A stretch of DNA of 42,959 nucleotides from a virus (IMGVR_UViG_3300036817_000491:1-42959); one strand, 5' to 3'; positions 27,570-36,059 are shown, numbered from the stretch's first letter. Program-made: numbers and translations. The notes: a model not told the origin generated them from the letters alone.

Positions 27570-27729
27570 TTTTACTGACTTCTTCCAGCCGTTCCTCAAG
27601 AGCGGCTTTTTCTTCCACGAGACGGTTGAAATGAGCAAGGTGGGTTTTCTGCTGCCCAAGCCAGTCTTCCAATTGCTCAGCTGTCATGCCAGGGTTAAAA
27701 AAATACGGCTGCTGCTTACCGTCTTGCAT
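27460..27729 (-). CDS. Hypothetical coiled-coil protein, first ORF after tR'
   Basis: GGAGG RBS; 89 aa; 3' end overlaps the convergent gene by 110 nt. Confidence 0.65.
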   Translation of the reverse strand: MQDGKQQPYFFNPGMTAEQLEDWLGQQKTHLAHFNRLVEEKAALEERLEEVSKTIELLSGSGFEGRLSFPYRPSPLLENRQTEKLLKAD

Positions 27730-27748
27730 TGCAGACCTCCAGAAAAGG

Positions 27749-27773
27749 AAAAACCCCGCCGGAGCGAGGTTTT
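27749..27773 (-). terminator. tR'-like terminator
   Basis: AACCTCGC-TCCG-GCGGGGTT followed by a T-run, about 60 nt after the pR'-like promoter. Confidence 0.75.
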
Positions 27774-27837
27774 AGAATCTGTTTAATAAGGGCTTTTCGA
27801 CGCTGCCATCGCGGCGCAGCTCTGCCAAGCATGAATG

Positions 27838-27866
27838 AATTATTCATTTTTCTGGCCCGTTTTCAA
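27838..27866 (-). promoter_or_regulatory. Late promoter pR'-like
   Basis: TTGAAA-N16-AATAAT immediately downstream of the Q-position gene. Confidence 0.6.
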
Positions 27867-27901
27867 CTCCCTTTTAAAAATATTTAACAGACCTCTCACT
27901 T

Positions 27902-28510
27902 TTACCTGGTTTCTATCTGGCGGCGCACGGCCAGAAACACCTTCGCCTGGAATATCTCAAGGCACCAGCGCACGCGCTTACGCGCCTCTCCGGTGGTCAG
28001 CCAGGGAGCCACCAGCTGCAACTCTCTGGAGATATCGGATATCTTTTTGCGGGTGGTGTAAAACTGCAGACCGACCAGATAAACAGGATCCTCAGCACTG
28101 AAGGTTTTCAGCATGACCTGTTCGATAAAGTCAGCATCATCCCGGCGCTCACTCTCTTCAATCAGCTCATTCAGCGTCACCGGCCACAGGATAGCGCGTG
28201 CGCGTAATGCCGCCTGAACGCCACGGAATCCCTCTTCCCTTGCCTGCCCCAGCGCTTCTGTGATGCGCGACAGCTGAGCATCCGACCACTCCGATTGTTT
28301 CACCTCAGACCAGAACTGGCTGCAGTTCTCCAGGCGATATTGCGCCCGGGTTTTACCGCCTACACACTCCCCCCAGACGGTCAGCAAAGACTTAATCCAT
28401 GCAGACTGAACGCTCTTTAATGGAGTGAACTTTCCGAGGTAACTTTTTCTAGTTGCAGCTGCTGCTTTACCCAGACCTTCGACATGAATGCGGCGTTGAC
28501 GTGGTGTCAT
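27902..28510 (-). CDS. Putative late antiterminator (Q position)
   Basis: Last gene before pR'/tR'; C-terminal HTH-like segment; AAGGAG RBS. Function inferred from synteny. Confidence 0.6.
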   Translation of the reverse strand: MTPRQRRIHVEGLGKAAAATRKSYLGKFTPLKSVQSAWIKSLLTVWGECVGGKTRAQYRLENCSQFWSEVKQSEWSDAQLSRITEALGQAREEGFRGVQAALRARAILWPVTLNELIEESERRDDADFIEQVMLKTFSAEDPVYLVGLQFYTTRKKISDISRELQLVAPWLTTGEARKRVRWCLEIFQAKVFLAVRRQIETR

Positions 28511-28523
28511 CCTGTACTGCTCC

Positions 28524-29570
28524 TTAAGCCAGAACGCCGAGCGCAAAGGCCCGGTCCAGCACTCTGATTATCATTGCCGGCTGAGAAGAATGTTCTCTCT
28601 CGAATTTCACCGGGTCATTGTGTAGTTCGGTATGGTGTTTGCGACATAAGGGGATCGCGAAGATGTCGTGCGCCTTCGTTCCCATCCCTCCCTGTCCCCA
28701 GCCAATCAGGTGATGAGCATCATCTGACGGCATTCCGCAGCATTCGCACGGCTGCGTCTTTACCCATGCCAGATATTTTTCATCCATCCAGCGAATACGC
28801 TTTGGCCGCTTCATGAAAGTCTGTGGGGATTCGGGATCCACCAGCACGCCAACTACTGGCCTGATGGCTGGTGATGTTGCTGGCGCTGGTGGTTCGCTTG
28901 GAGGTGTTGTAGGTAACGCGCGGGCTTTGTCCGAAATAATGCTGGTGGCCGGTACTGACGGTACGATCTCGCTTTCGCGAAAGGTTTCTTTCGCTTCTGG
29001 TAGCCGCAAAGCCTCACGGGCAACTGACTCTGGTAACGCATCTGCAACGCCAGCACGTACAGCCCACCAGCACAGTTCAGCCAGAGAAATTTCGCGAGAC
29101 CGGTCGAGCGCCAGCGCAACCCGGGCGGAATCCAGCACCCAGTCGATTACGTTCTGGCGCGCCAGTTCCGCTAGGCGTTCGGTGTGCTGCTCGCGCAGCT
29201 GGTTGTCGCAGTGGCCGCAAAGGCGGATTGCGCCGGGAGCATGCCGCATGGTGGTCATTTCGTGGTAGTGGTAATCGCTGTGCGGGTACTGGCATGTGTC
29301 TCCACTGCGCATTAACCAGTATTCGAGGCCACTCAGCCCACCAGCAGCGGTGATCACCTTTTCGTGAAGGAAGAACGGGCGCAGTGCCGCATTACCGGCC
29401 AGCGGCTGGCGCGCATCGGGCACGCGGCCTGTAGCGAAGCTTGCCATGCTGGCGGGCTGGCTCTCCACCAGCACACGACCGCCACTGAACATGCTCATCA
29501 GCTCGCTGCCGGGCTTTAACAGCACAACGCCCATCTCCCGGGCAATTACTGGTTTCAGTAAGGCGCGCAT
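28524..29570 (-). CDS. DUF968-like protein with C-terminal zinc/HNH-like domain
   Basis: MRALLKP start; WVKTQPCECCG..DDAHH...PLCRKHH. Confidence 0.85.
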   Translation of the reverse strand: MRALLKPVIAREMGVVLLKPGSELMSMFSGGRVLVESQPASMASFATGRVPDARQPLAGNAALRPFFLHEKVITAAGGLSGLEYWLMRSGDTCQYPHSDYHYHEMTTMRHAPGAIRLCGHCDNQLREQHTERLAELARQNVIDWVLDSARVALALDRSREISLAELCWWAVRAGVADALPESVAREALRLPEAKETFRESEIVPSVPATSIISDKARALPTTPPSEPPAPATSPAIRPVVGVLVDPESPQTFMKRPKRIRWMDEKYLAWVKTQPCECCGMPSDDAHHLIGWGQGGMGTKAHDIFAIPLCRKHHTELHNDPVKFEREHSSQPAMIIRVLDRAFALGVLA

Positions 29571-29938
29571 CAGGCAATCTCCCCGATGATGATCTGCCCT
29601 TCTTCACCCCAGAGCTTTGTCACGCGAGAATCCCAGATATGGGAGTCATCAGCATAGATGGCATCCATTAACGCTTTTTCCAGATTGTCTTTGTCTGGTT
29701 TCTGCTGGTGGGGTTTGCCCGCCATTGCCTGGCGCTTCTTCTTGCTCCAGCTCGGTGGCATCGGTAGGATGAACGTAACGTGAGCGCCAGCTTCCGGCAG
29801 CTCGACGCCCAGTAGCCGAACGTGATCACAGAACGCGCGGTACCGGAGAACCTCCGGGCGTTTCTTCCACTTATCGGCACGGGTTTGGCGGGGCTTGCCC
29901 ATCGGGATGATGTTATAGGTTTTCACACTCACCTCCAC
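29570..29938 (-). CDS. rusA: RusA-family Holliday junction resolvase
   Basis: KPDKDNLEKALMDA..DD motif. Confidence 0.9.
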   Translation of the reverse strand: MEVSVKTYNIIPMGKPRQTRADKWKKRPEVLRYRAFCDHVRLLGVELPEAGAHVTFILPMPPSWSKKKRQAMAGKPHQQKPDKDNLEKALMDAIYADDSHIWDSRVTKLWGEEGQIIIGEIA

Positions 29939-30129
29939 ATCGGCTGCTGGAAGGTCTTATCCTGCCGTGGGGCTTTATTAGCCTCCGGCAGATAAGCGGT
30001 GAGCGTCCAGTGGATCAGATCGACATCAAGGCTTCGCGCAGTGCGCACGTCATTAGCGCGATAGCGGGCCTCGAGTTCGTCCACTTCTTTCGAGGTGAGT
30101 TGCGTGTGAATGAAGTTAGTTTTCTTCAT
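29929..30129 (-). CDS. Hypothetical nin-region protein
   Basis: 66 aa, overlapping both neighbours. Confidence 0.7.
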   Translation of the reverse strand: MKKTNFIHTQLTSKEVDELEARYRANDVRTARSLDVDLIHWTLTAYLPEANKAPRQDKTFQQPMWR

Positions 30130-30230
30130 GCCGCCACCTGGTAGCGCGCAGGCAAAAAGAAATCGCTGGCCCCGGAAGAGGTCAGTTGAAGTGTTTGCTT
30201 AAGTGTCTGTTTGATTGGTTTTTGCGCCAT
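30126..30230 (-). CDS. 34-aa leader-like ORF (MAQKPIKQTLKQTLQLTSSGASDFFLPARYQVAA), not in the ORF track
   Basis: GGAG RBS; TGA overlaps the next ATG (ATGA). Confidence 0.55.
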   Translation of the reverse strand: MAQKPIKQTLKQTLQLTSSGASDFFLPARYQVAA

Positions 30231-30271
30231 GGTATCTCTCCAGTGGCGCAGCAGGTATAGGTTGTTCAGGC

Positions 30272-30517
30272 CTATGACGGGAGTGTAACAGAATTCTGCG
30301 AAACGCGATAACCAGCCCTCTCCAGCATCAGCGTGAAGAGTGTCGGCGTTCCTACAATTTCATCGGGCTGGAGCGGCATAAACGATACTTCGTCACCACG
30401 TCTGTACATTAGCGCTCGCTCGCATTCCGGAAATGTGTGCAGTCGTGCAACGATAACCCCATCGTGACATCTGATGACCGCATAGCCCTTTTTTGGTAAT
30501 TCTTCTGTTTCTTTCAC
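30272..30517 (-). CDS. Putative LexA-regulated antirepressor (Gifsy GftA/GfoA position)
   Basis: 81 aa, GGAGG RBS, second gene of the LexA-dinI operon; the phage cI lacks an autoprotease domain. Confidence 0.6.
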   Translation of the reverse strand: MKETEELPKKGYAVIRCHDGVIVARLHTFPECERALMYRRGDEVSFMPLQPDEIVGTPTLFTLMLERAGYRVSQNSVTLPS

Positions 30518-30554
30518 CGCACCCCTCCACCCGGGAAACTAATTGCATGCTGTA

Positions 30555-30788
30555 TTAATAAAACCAGTCGTCTGCGCTTTCCCAGGTCTGCTGAAGGATT
30601 TCTTCAACCGTCTTTTTAACCTCTTTCTCACCACCGTAAACACTTAACCCATCCGAGCCTGCGCGACGTATCACCAGACTGCAATCATCGAACTGGTTCT
30701 GGAGTCGTTTTAATAGTTCTTTTTCCAGTGCCGGAACCGCGCCCTTAGGAAGTTCTTTAGTACGATCAATGGTTAACTCAACTTTCAT
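30555..30788 (-). CDS. dinI: DinI-family protein
   Basis: MKVELTID...LPKGAVPALEKEL...LQQTWESADDWF. Confidence 0.95.
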   Translation of the reverse strand: MKVELTIDRTKELPKGAVPALEKELLKRLQNQFDDCSLVIRRAGSDGLSVYGGEKEVKKTVEEILQQTWESADDWFY

Positions 30789-30806
30789 AATTGCCTCCGC
30801 TGCATC

Positions 30807-30826
30807 AACTGTATATTCATACAGTA
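30807..30826. promoter_or_regulatory. LexA (SOS) box
   Basis: AACTGTATATTCATACAGTA (CTG-N10-CAG) upstream of dinI. Confidence 0.9.
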
Positions 30827-30984
30827 TACCTGTGAGCTGATTTGATCAATGTTTTAAGCGCACAAAATGCCTGGCGATTTTGAAAAAAAAGAAAGTAAAG
30901 CGCCACAGTGCGCTCATGGAAAAGGCCTCCGAAGAGGCCCTGGCCGGGTCGGTATGGGAATACCCATATCGCTGGTATGGTAGG

Positions 30985-31068
30985 TTATGCGGCCTGTTCT
31001 CGCTGTTCGCACATCTCCGGCAGGTTTGCACGTACCAACGCCTCAGCGAACGCCAGCGGGACGGCATT
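30985..31068 (-). pseudogene. 3' remnant of a phage C5 cytosine methyltransferase
   Basis: Reads NAVPLAFAEALVRANLPEMCEQREQAA*, a motif X (GNAV)-like C-terminus with no upstream body. Confidence 0.7.
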
Positions 31069-31094
31069 GTGGCTTATGGATGTATTTCAGAACG

Positions 31095-31124
31095 AAAAAA
31101 AACCTCCCCGTTGGGGAGGCTTTT
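31095..31124. terminator. Bidirectional intrinsic terminator
   Basis: A8-CCTCCCC-GTT-GGGGAGG-CTTTT. Confidence 0.75.
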
Positions 31125-31326
31125 AATTATTGCGAGGCGTACCATGACTGAGTTGCTTGATCAAAACCTTCATCAAGTTAATCAGTGCAATAATTACGCC
31201 TCCTAGTGTACTTATAGCAATGTCACTCATGTCAATTTTCTCCATCCCGAGCATAATGCATATGACAAAGAAGGTGAAAATGCTTAAGCAAAATGTATAA
31301 GTCACTGGTTTGATAAAAAATAGCAT
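31123..31326 (-). CDS. Small two-TM membrane protein (moron with its own promoter and terminator)
   Basis: 67 aa, hydrophobic, AT-rich. Confidence 0.6.
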   Translation of the reverse strand: MLFFIKPVTYTFCLSIFTFFVICIMLGMEKIDMSDIAISTLGGVIIALINLMKVLIKQLSHGTPRNN

Positions 31327-31386
31327 GGCCTAGAAGTCCCCTCCCAGGCGCGAGGTCACCAGAGTTGTTCAGGCTCTGGTGAAGTA

Positions 31387-31415
31387 ATTATGGCTGGTTG
31401 ATTAATGAAAATCAA
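31387..31415 (-). promoter_or_regulatory. Sigma70-like promoter
   Basis: TTGATT-N17-CATAAT, with +1 falling at the hairpin leader. Confidence 0.65.
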
Positions 31416-31422
31416 AGAGTAG

Positions 31423-31935
31423 TTACACCGTTTTTGCAGCAGAGATAACCGCACTCATGAGGCCTTGATATGGGCCCAGGTAACCATCGATATAAAAATG
31501 ACCGGAAAGCCGATAGGCTCCCTTATACCAATAGATATGGCCAAATCCATCTTCGTGAGGAATGATTGTTAACTGGAATCCAGAACAATTACGCGTACTT
31601 GGCTTTTCGGTCGGGGGTATTTCTTCGAATTTTTCAGTCCAGATCACCATCCATTTCGAGTCGTCTGAATCCGTAAGCTCGAAGCCATCACCATCAAATT
31701 CAACATTTAGATATACCTTTCGGTGTTTGTTTTTGCTTAGAAAACGTTCAAAACAATTCGCATCTTCTGAAAATTGCCTTAAGATGCAAATCTTCTCTCT
31801 GGGATTTTTCTCTGGGAATGAGGTCTCCTTGGATGAGGCAAACGCCTTGTATGCGTAATAGCAACTTGCAATAGACACTAAAACCCCAACTAAACTCAGA
31901 AAGTTTCCCAAACGTGCTCTCCCGTTTTTTAACAT
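31423..31935 (-). CDS. Hypothetical protein with N-terminal TM anchor (AT-rich moron)
   Basis: 170 aa; FLSLVGVLVSIASCYYAY helix. Confidence 0.7.
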   Translation of the reverse strand: MLKNGRARLGNFLSLVGVLVSIASCYYAYKAFASSKETSFPEKNPREKICILRQFSEDANCFERFLSKNKHRKVYLNVEFDGDGFELTDSDDSKWMVIWTEKFEEIPPTEKPSTRNCSGFQLTIIPHEDGFGHIYWYKGAYRLSGHFYIDGYLGPYQGLMSAVISAAKTV

Positions 31936-32012
31936 CTGAAAGTTAAAAATAACGCAGCTAAGTCCCTCTCTAAAGATCCGCTATCGCTGCGTTCTTACTC
32001 ACCGTCACTTTA

Positions 32013-32348
32013 TTACTTTATATCTATCTTTGGAGAGTATTCTTTTTTCCAAAAATCGTATTCCACTCGTATCGGCTTACCGCAGACGGTAATGATATGC
32101 TCACTCTTTCTATTACCTTCAGCATTGCAACCGACCATTACAACATCTTTTAATTCTTCATCAAAGCGGGTAAATGTTGTGCTTACAGTGTAACGATCAC
32201 CACTCCATCGAGCATACGCCTTGTCTAACGACCATTCTGATCTTTCCCGAGGAGGATATGTTTCATTCAGAATTGCTCTGATTGATTCATAGGCAGACCC
32301 ATACTCACACCAGAGATCGTCCTCTTGCTCATTCTTATAAACTTTCAT
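32013..32348 (-). CDS. Hypothetical AT-rich moron protein
   Basis: Start reassigned to MKVYKNE (GGAGG RBS). Confidence 0.7.
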   Translation of the reverse strand: MKVYKNEQEDDLWCEYGSAYESIRAILNETYPPRERSEWSLDKAYARWSGDRYTVSTTFTRFDEELKDVVMVGCNAEGNRKSEHIITVCGKPIRVEYDFWKKEYSPKIDIK

Positions 32349-32420
32349 ATTCCAATGCCTCCCCAAGTAATAGGCGTATTTTATGCCATATTCAGCACCA
32401 GAAATACGCCTGAACACACT

Positions 32421-32894
32421 CTATTTCGCCGCACCCTTTGGCACTGCTGCAACCATCGCAGCCCAGCACCATTTGGCACGTAGGGCAGCCTGCTCACAGC
32501 CGCTCATACCTTCGTATGTCTCCCATGCATCCGGGTCGCGAAACTCTTCGCGCAGCTCTGCTTCGAAACCAGCAATCACCATGTCTTCTGTCGGCTTAAC
32601 CGGCACTAGTGCATAACCATCCGGCACTACCGGCGCTGGCGGGGCGGTGTAGACTATGCGGCCTCTGCCCCCTGCACTAACAACACTCTCATAAACGTCT
32701 TTGGTTGTGTCGTACCAGTCGTAGTTTATGAGTTGGTAAACTGGCTCAGCCGTCATCGCTGCCAGTGCGATTTCAAACAGCGCCGAACATTGGTTTACGT
32801 GGGCGCGGCCTTCGCCTGTTATCTTCGTGTTGCGGCAGAATGCAATCTGCTCTCGTGCCTTTGCACTTAACTGCTCTTTGGTGAATTTAGTCAT
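32421..32894 (-). CDS. Eaa/Ea-region mosaic hypothetical protein
   Basis: MTKFTKEQL start; LAAMTAEPV, YTAPPAPVVPDG and VPVKPTEDM modules. Confidence 0.75.
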   Translation of the reverse strand: MTKFTKEQLSAKAREQIAFCRNTKITGEGRAHVNQCSALFEIALAAMTAEPVYQLINYDWYDTTKDVYESVVSAGGRGRIVYTAPPAPVVPDGYALVPVKPTEDMVIAGFEAELREEFRDPDAWETYEGMSGCEQAALRAKWCWAAMVAAVPKGAAK

Positions 32895-33243
32895 TCCAGG
32901 CCTCCAGCTCGTTCTGAATCTCTTCGTCGATCTCGTCGTTGGTGGCATCCTCATTGAGATAGCTCAGGGCTTCTTTCAGGTAATGCTCTCGACGGCGCTT
33001 GTCGTACCAGACCGAAAACTCAGGAGACCAGCCGGTGTCATCTCCATTTTCAGCAAAAAAATCATGCATGGCGTTGTTGTAGGCCAGACGGTCTACCATG
33101 CAGTCAGCTGTTGTAAGCGCAATGCCACGGATGAAATCGCGAAGATGATGTTTACGCCACCATGGACTTACTTTCGAATCGCAACGGCCTTTAAATTCAA
33201 CTTCCCAGCGGCGAATGCAGCGTGCGTTTAGTGATTTGCTCAT
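32887..33243 (-). CDS. Hypothetical phage protein
   Basis: 118 aa, overlapping start and stop with neighbours. Confidence 0.75.
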   Translation of the reverse strand: MSKSLNARCIRRWEVEFKGRCDSKVSPWWRKHHLRDFIRGIALTTADCMVDRLAYNNAMHDFFAENGDDTGWSPEFSVWYDKRRREHYLKEALSYLNEDATNDEIDEEIQNELEAWND

Positions 33244-33770
33244 TGGGCTGCATCCTGGCGAATTTGGGTTGCTAGATCCTCAAGTTCGTTAGCCTGCATA
33301 TCCAGCGCAGCTATCACTGAACCTAAAGCGAAAGTATCTGGATGAAGTGACATCTTCTCAGCGCGCTTTTTCTTCGCCAGATCTTCCAACGTGCTGGCTC
33401 GCACTTCAGCCAAGAAGGCGTCGGTCTCTTTGAACGGGTTTTCAGCGTTGACGTCGCGGGATACATACATGTTCACCTCTGACACATAATCTAGAGGCAC
33501 TGAAGCGTAGAGATATTCGTCTTCCTCGTTGACAAACTCTCCGTGGTTTTCGCTGATGTCGGTGAGCAGGCGCAGCATCTGCCCGTTCTCAGCCGCCAGC
33601 GCATCCCGCTGTTTAGTCGCTTCCCGTAGCGCCAGGGTGGTGCAGTCCAGACGTTCAGCCAGACGGGAAACAATCTTCGCCATATCGATGATCGGCGTGT
33701 CGCTGCTCATCGCCTTCGCAAACTGATGACCAACGGCCACCAGCTCTTTGTTGCTCAAAGAATCATTCAT
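33240..33770 (-). CDS. Ead/Ea22-like coiled-coil protein
   Basis: LAAEN and TDAFLAEVRA modules; start MNDSLS with GAGGAG RBS. Confidence 0.7.
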   Translation of the reverse strand: MNDSLSNKELVAVGHQFAKAMSSDTPIIDMAKIVSRLAERLDCTTLALREATKQRDALAAENGQMLRLLTDISENHGEFVNEEDEYLYASVPLDYVSEVNMYVSRDVNAENPFKETDAFLAEVRASTLEDLAKKKRAEKMSLHPDTFALGSVIAALDMQANELEDLATQIRQDAAQ

Positions 33771-34026
33771 GTGATGCTCCTCGGTGCGTGTAACGTTCCA
33801 TGTCAAAGTCGATAACAGCCCGCTGGTCGCGGAAGACGCCGCAGCGCCCATGGCGGATAAGTTTCCCCTGCTCTACGGCAGCCCGGATGTATTTCTCGGC
33901 AGTGGTGCGGTGCAGGCCGAACATGGCGGCGACATCTCTGGTCGTTGCGCGGCCATGCTTTTTCACCATTTCGATAATCCAGGAGATGAACAGCGTGCGC
34001 TCGCTATGCGTTTTTGGTCTCGGCAT
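33763..34026 (-). CDS. DUF977-like winged-HTH protein
   Basis: MPRPKT..ER; VKKHGRAT..DVAAMFGL. Confidence 0.75.
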   Translation of the reverse strand: MPRPKTHSERTLFISWIIEMVKKHGRATTRDVAAMFGLHRTTAEKYIRAAVEQGKLIRHGRCGVFRDQRAVIDFDMERYTHRGASHE

Positions 34027-34029
34027 CAG

Positions 34030-34449
34030 TTAAGCCCTCCCCGCCTGGCGCAGGCATTCTTTACGCCGTTTGGCGATCCGGGCAACTTCGACAGCACTGC
34101 AGGCGATACCGAACATGTCCGAATACACCGCTGCGGCGCGGCGCCACAGTCCCTTTTCTTCCAGCGCCTTCGCTTTCTGTTCAGCGGCCTGCATCTTCAC
34201 CGGGTCGCTTTTCTCCTCCATGCACGGAAGGATCACATCCGGAATATCGGCGTGCGGTACCGCCGTATAGGTGTACTGGACGCTGTTACGGGATCGGGTT
34301 ATCACTCCATCGTCGCTCAGCTCGCGCAGCATTTTGCCTGCTGTAGCGCCTGACATATCCAACGCTTCGGAAACATCGCCGACGGCGCAGTTCGGTTGGT
34401 AGCGATCAAAAATCGCCACCTGGTCTTTCTGGGTTAATTGTTTGGTCAT
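34030..34449 (-). CDS. HTH plus PerC-like transcription regulator
   Basis: N-terminal wHTH and A..LEEKGLWRRAA PerC-like motif. Confidence 0.75.
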   Translation of the reverse strand: MTKQLTQKDQVAIFDRYQPNCAVGDVSEALDMSGATAGKMLRELSDDGVITRSRNSVQYTYTAVPHADIPDVILPCMEEKSDPVKMQAAEQKAKALEEKGLWRRAAAVYSDMFGIACSAVEVARIAKRRKECLRQAGRA

Positions 34450-34465
34450 TGGTCAAAACTCGATT
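34447..34465 (-). repeat. 19-nt early-operon motif AATCGAGTTTTGACCAATG, copy 1
   Basis: Exact match to the copies at 36060 and 38836. Confidence 0.9.
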
Positions 34466-35136
34466 TAGTTGATTAAACCAGCCGCTTTACGGCGTTTGTA
34501 CTCTTCCATCAGCAACTGTGCCGGCGTTGGCCCTGCCTGGTGCTGCGGTGCTGCAAGCTGGCGACGAATCGGCGGTACCGACAGGCCGTTACTGACGTGC
34601 TTGCTCCATTTCGTTAACAGCTTTTCTGCCAGTTTTTTAAGCTCCCCCTCTGTCATCTGGCGCTCCACGCCCGTTCTGCGCATCTCAATGCAGATGTGGT
34701 ACAGCACCGGCTGCGGCCACGGGTATTTGTCGCTTCCTGAATACCGATAGGACTCGTTGCGCCAGCGGCGATACTCCCCCATGACACTGTCGGAGGTCAG
34801 GCCGAAGGCGTTCGCACCACTTTCGGAAACGAGCGACACGAACTCAGCGAGATCTGGTGGCCAGGTGTTCCCACCCGCGCAGCGCTCCATGCACTGCTGG
34901 CAGACCAGACTGATTTGCTGTTCAGTCATCGAACCGATCTGGGCTATCCAGAGCGGCGAAGGTTCCGCCCCATTCTTCTGCGTCCACCGGTTCGAGAATA
35001 CTTCCCCCATGACCTGCCACAGGCGCCATGCCGTTTCCGTTGCCATCAAGTCCATTGCGACGTCTCCACTCTGCGTGTGCTGACTGAATCTGCTGAACAG
35101 CTCTGGATGCTGTAGGCTCTCCCCGAACTCCTGCAT
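34465..35136 (-). CDS. Replication protein P-like (helicase loader position); start uncertain
   Basis: WPPDLAEF and YPW..PVLYHI motifs; follows the initiator. Confidence 0.8.
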   Translation of the reverse strand: MQEFGESLQHPELFSRFSQHTQSGDVAMDLMATETAWRLWQVMGEVFSNRWTQKNGAEPSPLWIAQIGSMTEQQISLVCQQCMERCAGGNTWPPDLAEFVSLVSESGANAFGLTSDSVMGEYRRWRNESYRYSGSDKYPWPQPVLYHICIEMRRTGVERQMTEGELKKLAEKLLTKWSKHVSNGLSVPPIRRQLAAPQHQAGPTPAQLLMEEYKRRKAAGLIN

Positions 35137-36028
35137 TGGCCTTACCTCCGGTTTCCGGTTGTTTTTTCGATCTCACCAGCACGATGTGCCGGGCGAATTT
35201 TTGTTCCCACTGGACCTGGGTGAACACCTTCCCCTCCGACTCCCAGTACGATGAGAACTCCGCGAGCTCCGTCGGCAGGTAATCTGGATCAGGCAAAGCT
35301 ATCCCCCACGTGGCTGCGCGCTGGCGGAAATCACGGCTGGGCAACCAGGCGGCTGTCATCGTGAATTTGCCGATGGGTTCATCCAGACCGTCAACGTATC
35401 GCGGAGCAACGGGTTGTTCTGGTAAACCAGCAACACCAGAATTTTCATTCGCGCCCGCGTTAAGAGAGGGGTTTAAGATCTGTTTACTGCTTACTGCTTT
35501 CTGGATACCTGATGGCAAAGGGCAAGCCTTATCCTTAGGCAAAGGCATAGCCATGTCGTATGCCTTCCCCATAGACTCAGACACCCCATAACACGCGGCC
35601 TGTAGCGCCACCCATGCCTCCCATTTCAGTTCACACTCGGGCAATAACTCGAAAGCCCGCGCCCATGATTTGATCACATTCACTGAAGCTGGCGGGTTAT
35701 GTGCCGCCGCCTTAGGAAGCCAAAAAACTCTGGCTTTCAGGTCGGCTTTAACCATGCCTAAAGCTAAGCCTTCGCTTAAGGCAGAGTCGAAAGCTTCCAG
35801 TTCCCACCCCAACTCTTCAGCTAGCGCCGCGCGACCGCCTTTGAATAAGCCCGGGATAATCCCGGTGAACGGGCTGGTCAGCAGATAAATAAACAGGCTT
35901 TGCCCGCTGGGCGGCAAAGGTGATAACGCGCGAAACTTTGGATCATCCCACATGGTGATCTTCACCTTGCGGTAAGGCTCATTTGTAGCCTTACTTTTAG
36001 GCATCGCCTTAGGCAAAGGGTTAGACAT
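34922..36028 (-). CDS. Replication initiator (O position) with C-terminal DnaT-like domain
   Basis: MWDDPKFRALS wHTH start; KFTM..AWLP...EF.SYW...QVQWEQKFAR. Confidence 0.85.
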   Translation of the reverse strand: MSNPLPKAMPKSKATNEPYRKVKITMWDDPKFRALSPLPPSGQSLFIYLLTSPFTGIIPGLFKGGRAALAEELGWELEAFDSALSEGLALGMVKADLKARVFWLPKAAAHNPPASVNVIKSWARAFELLPECELKWEAWVALQAACYGVSESMGKAYDMAMPLPKDKACPLPSGIQKAVSSKQILNPSLNAGANENSGVAGLPEQPVAPRYVDGLDEPIGKFTMTAAWLPSRDFRQRAATWGIALPDPDYLPTELAEFSSYWESEGKVFTQVQWEQKFARHIVLVRSKKQPETGGKANAGVRGEPTASRAVQQIQSAHAEWRRRNGLDGNGNGMAPVAGHGGSILEPVDAEEWGGTFAALDSPDRFDD

Positions 36029-36059
36029 ATCTCACCTCGCGGTTATTAGTCGGAGAACT

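Noticed and set aside
26800-27900. tRNA cluster often found after pR' in lambdoid phages
   Set aside because: No cloverleaf or T-loop consensus found.
23548-29711. Several Chi octamers (GCTGGTGG)
   Set aside because: Present on both strands within coding sequence with no evident clustering; enrichment cannot be judged without a count.
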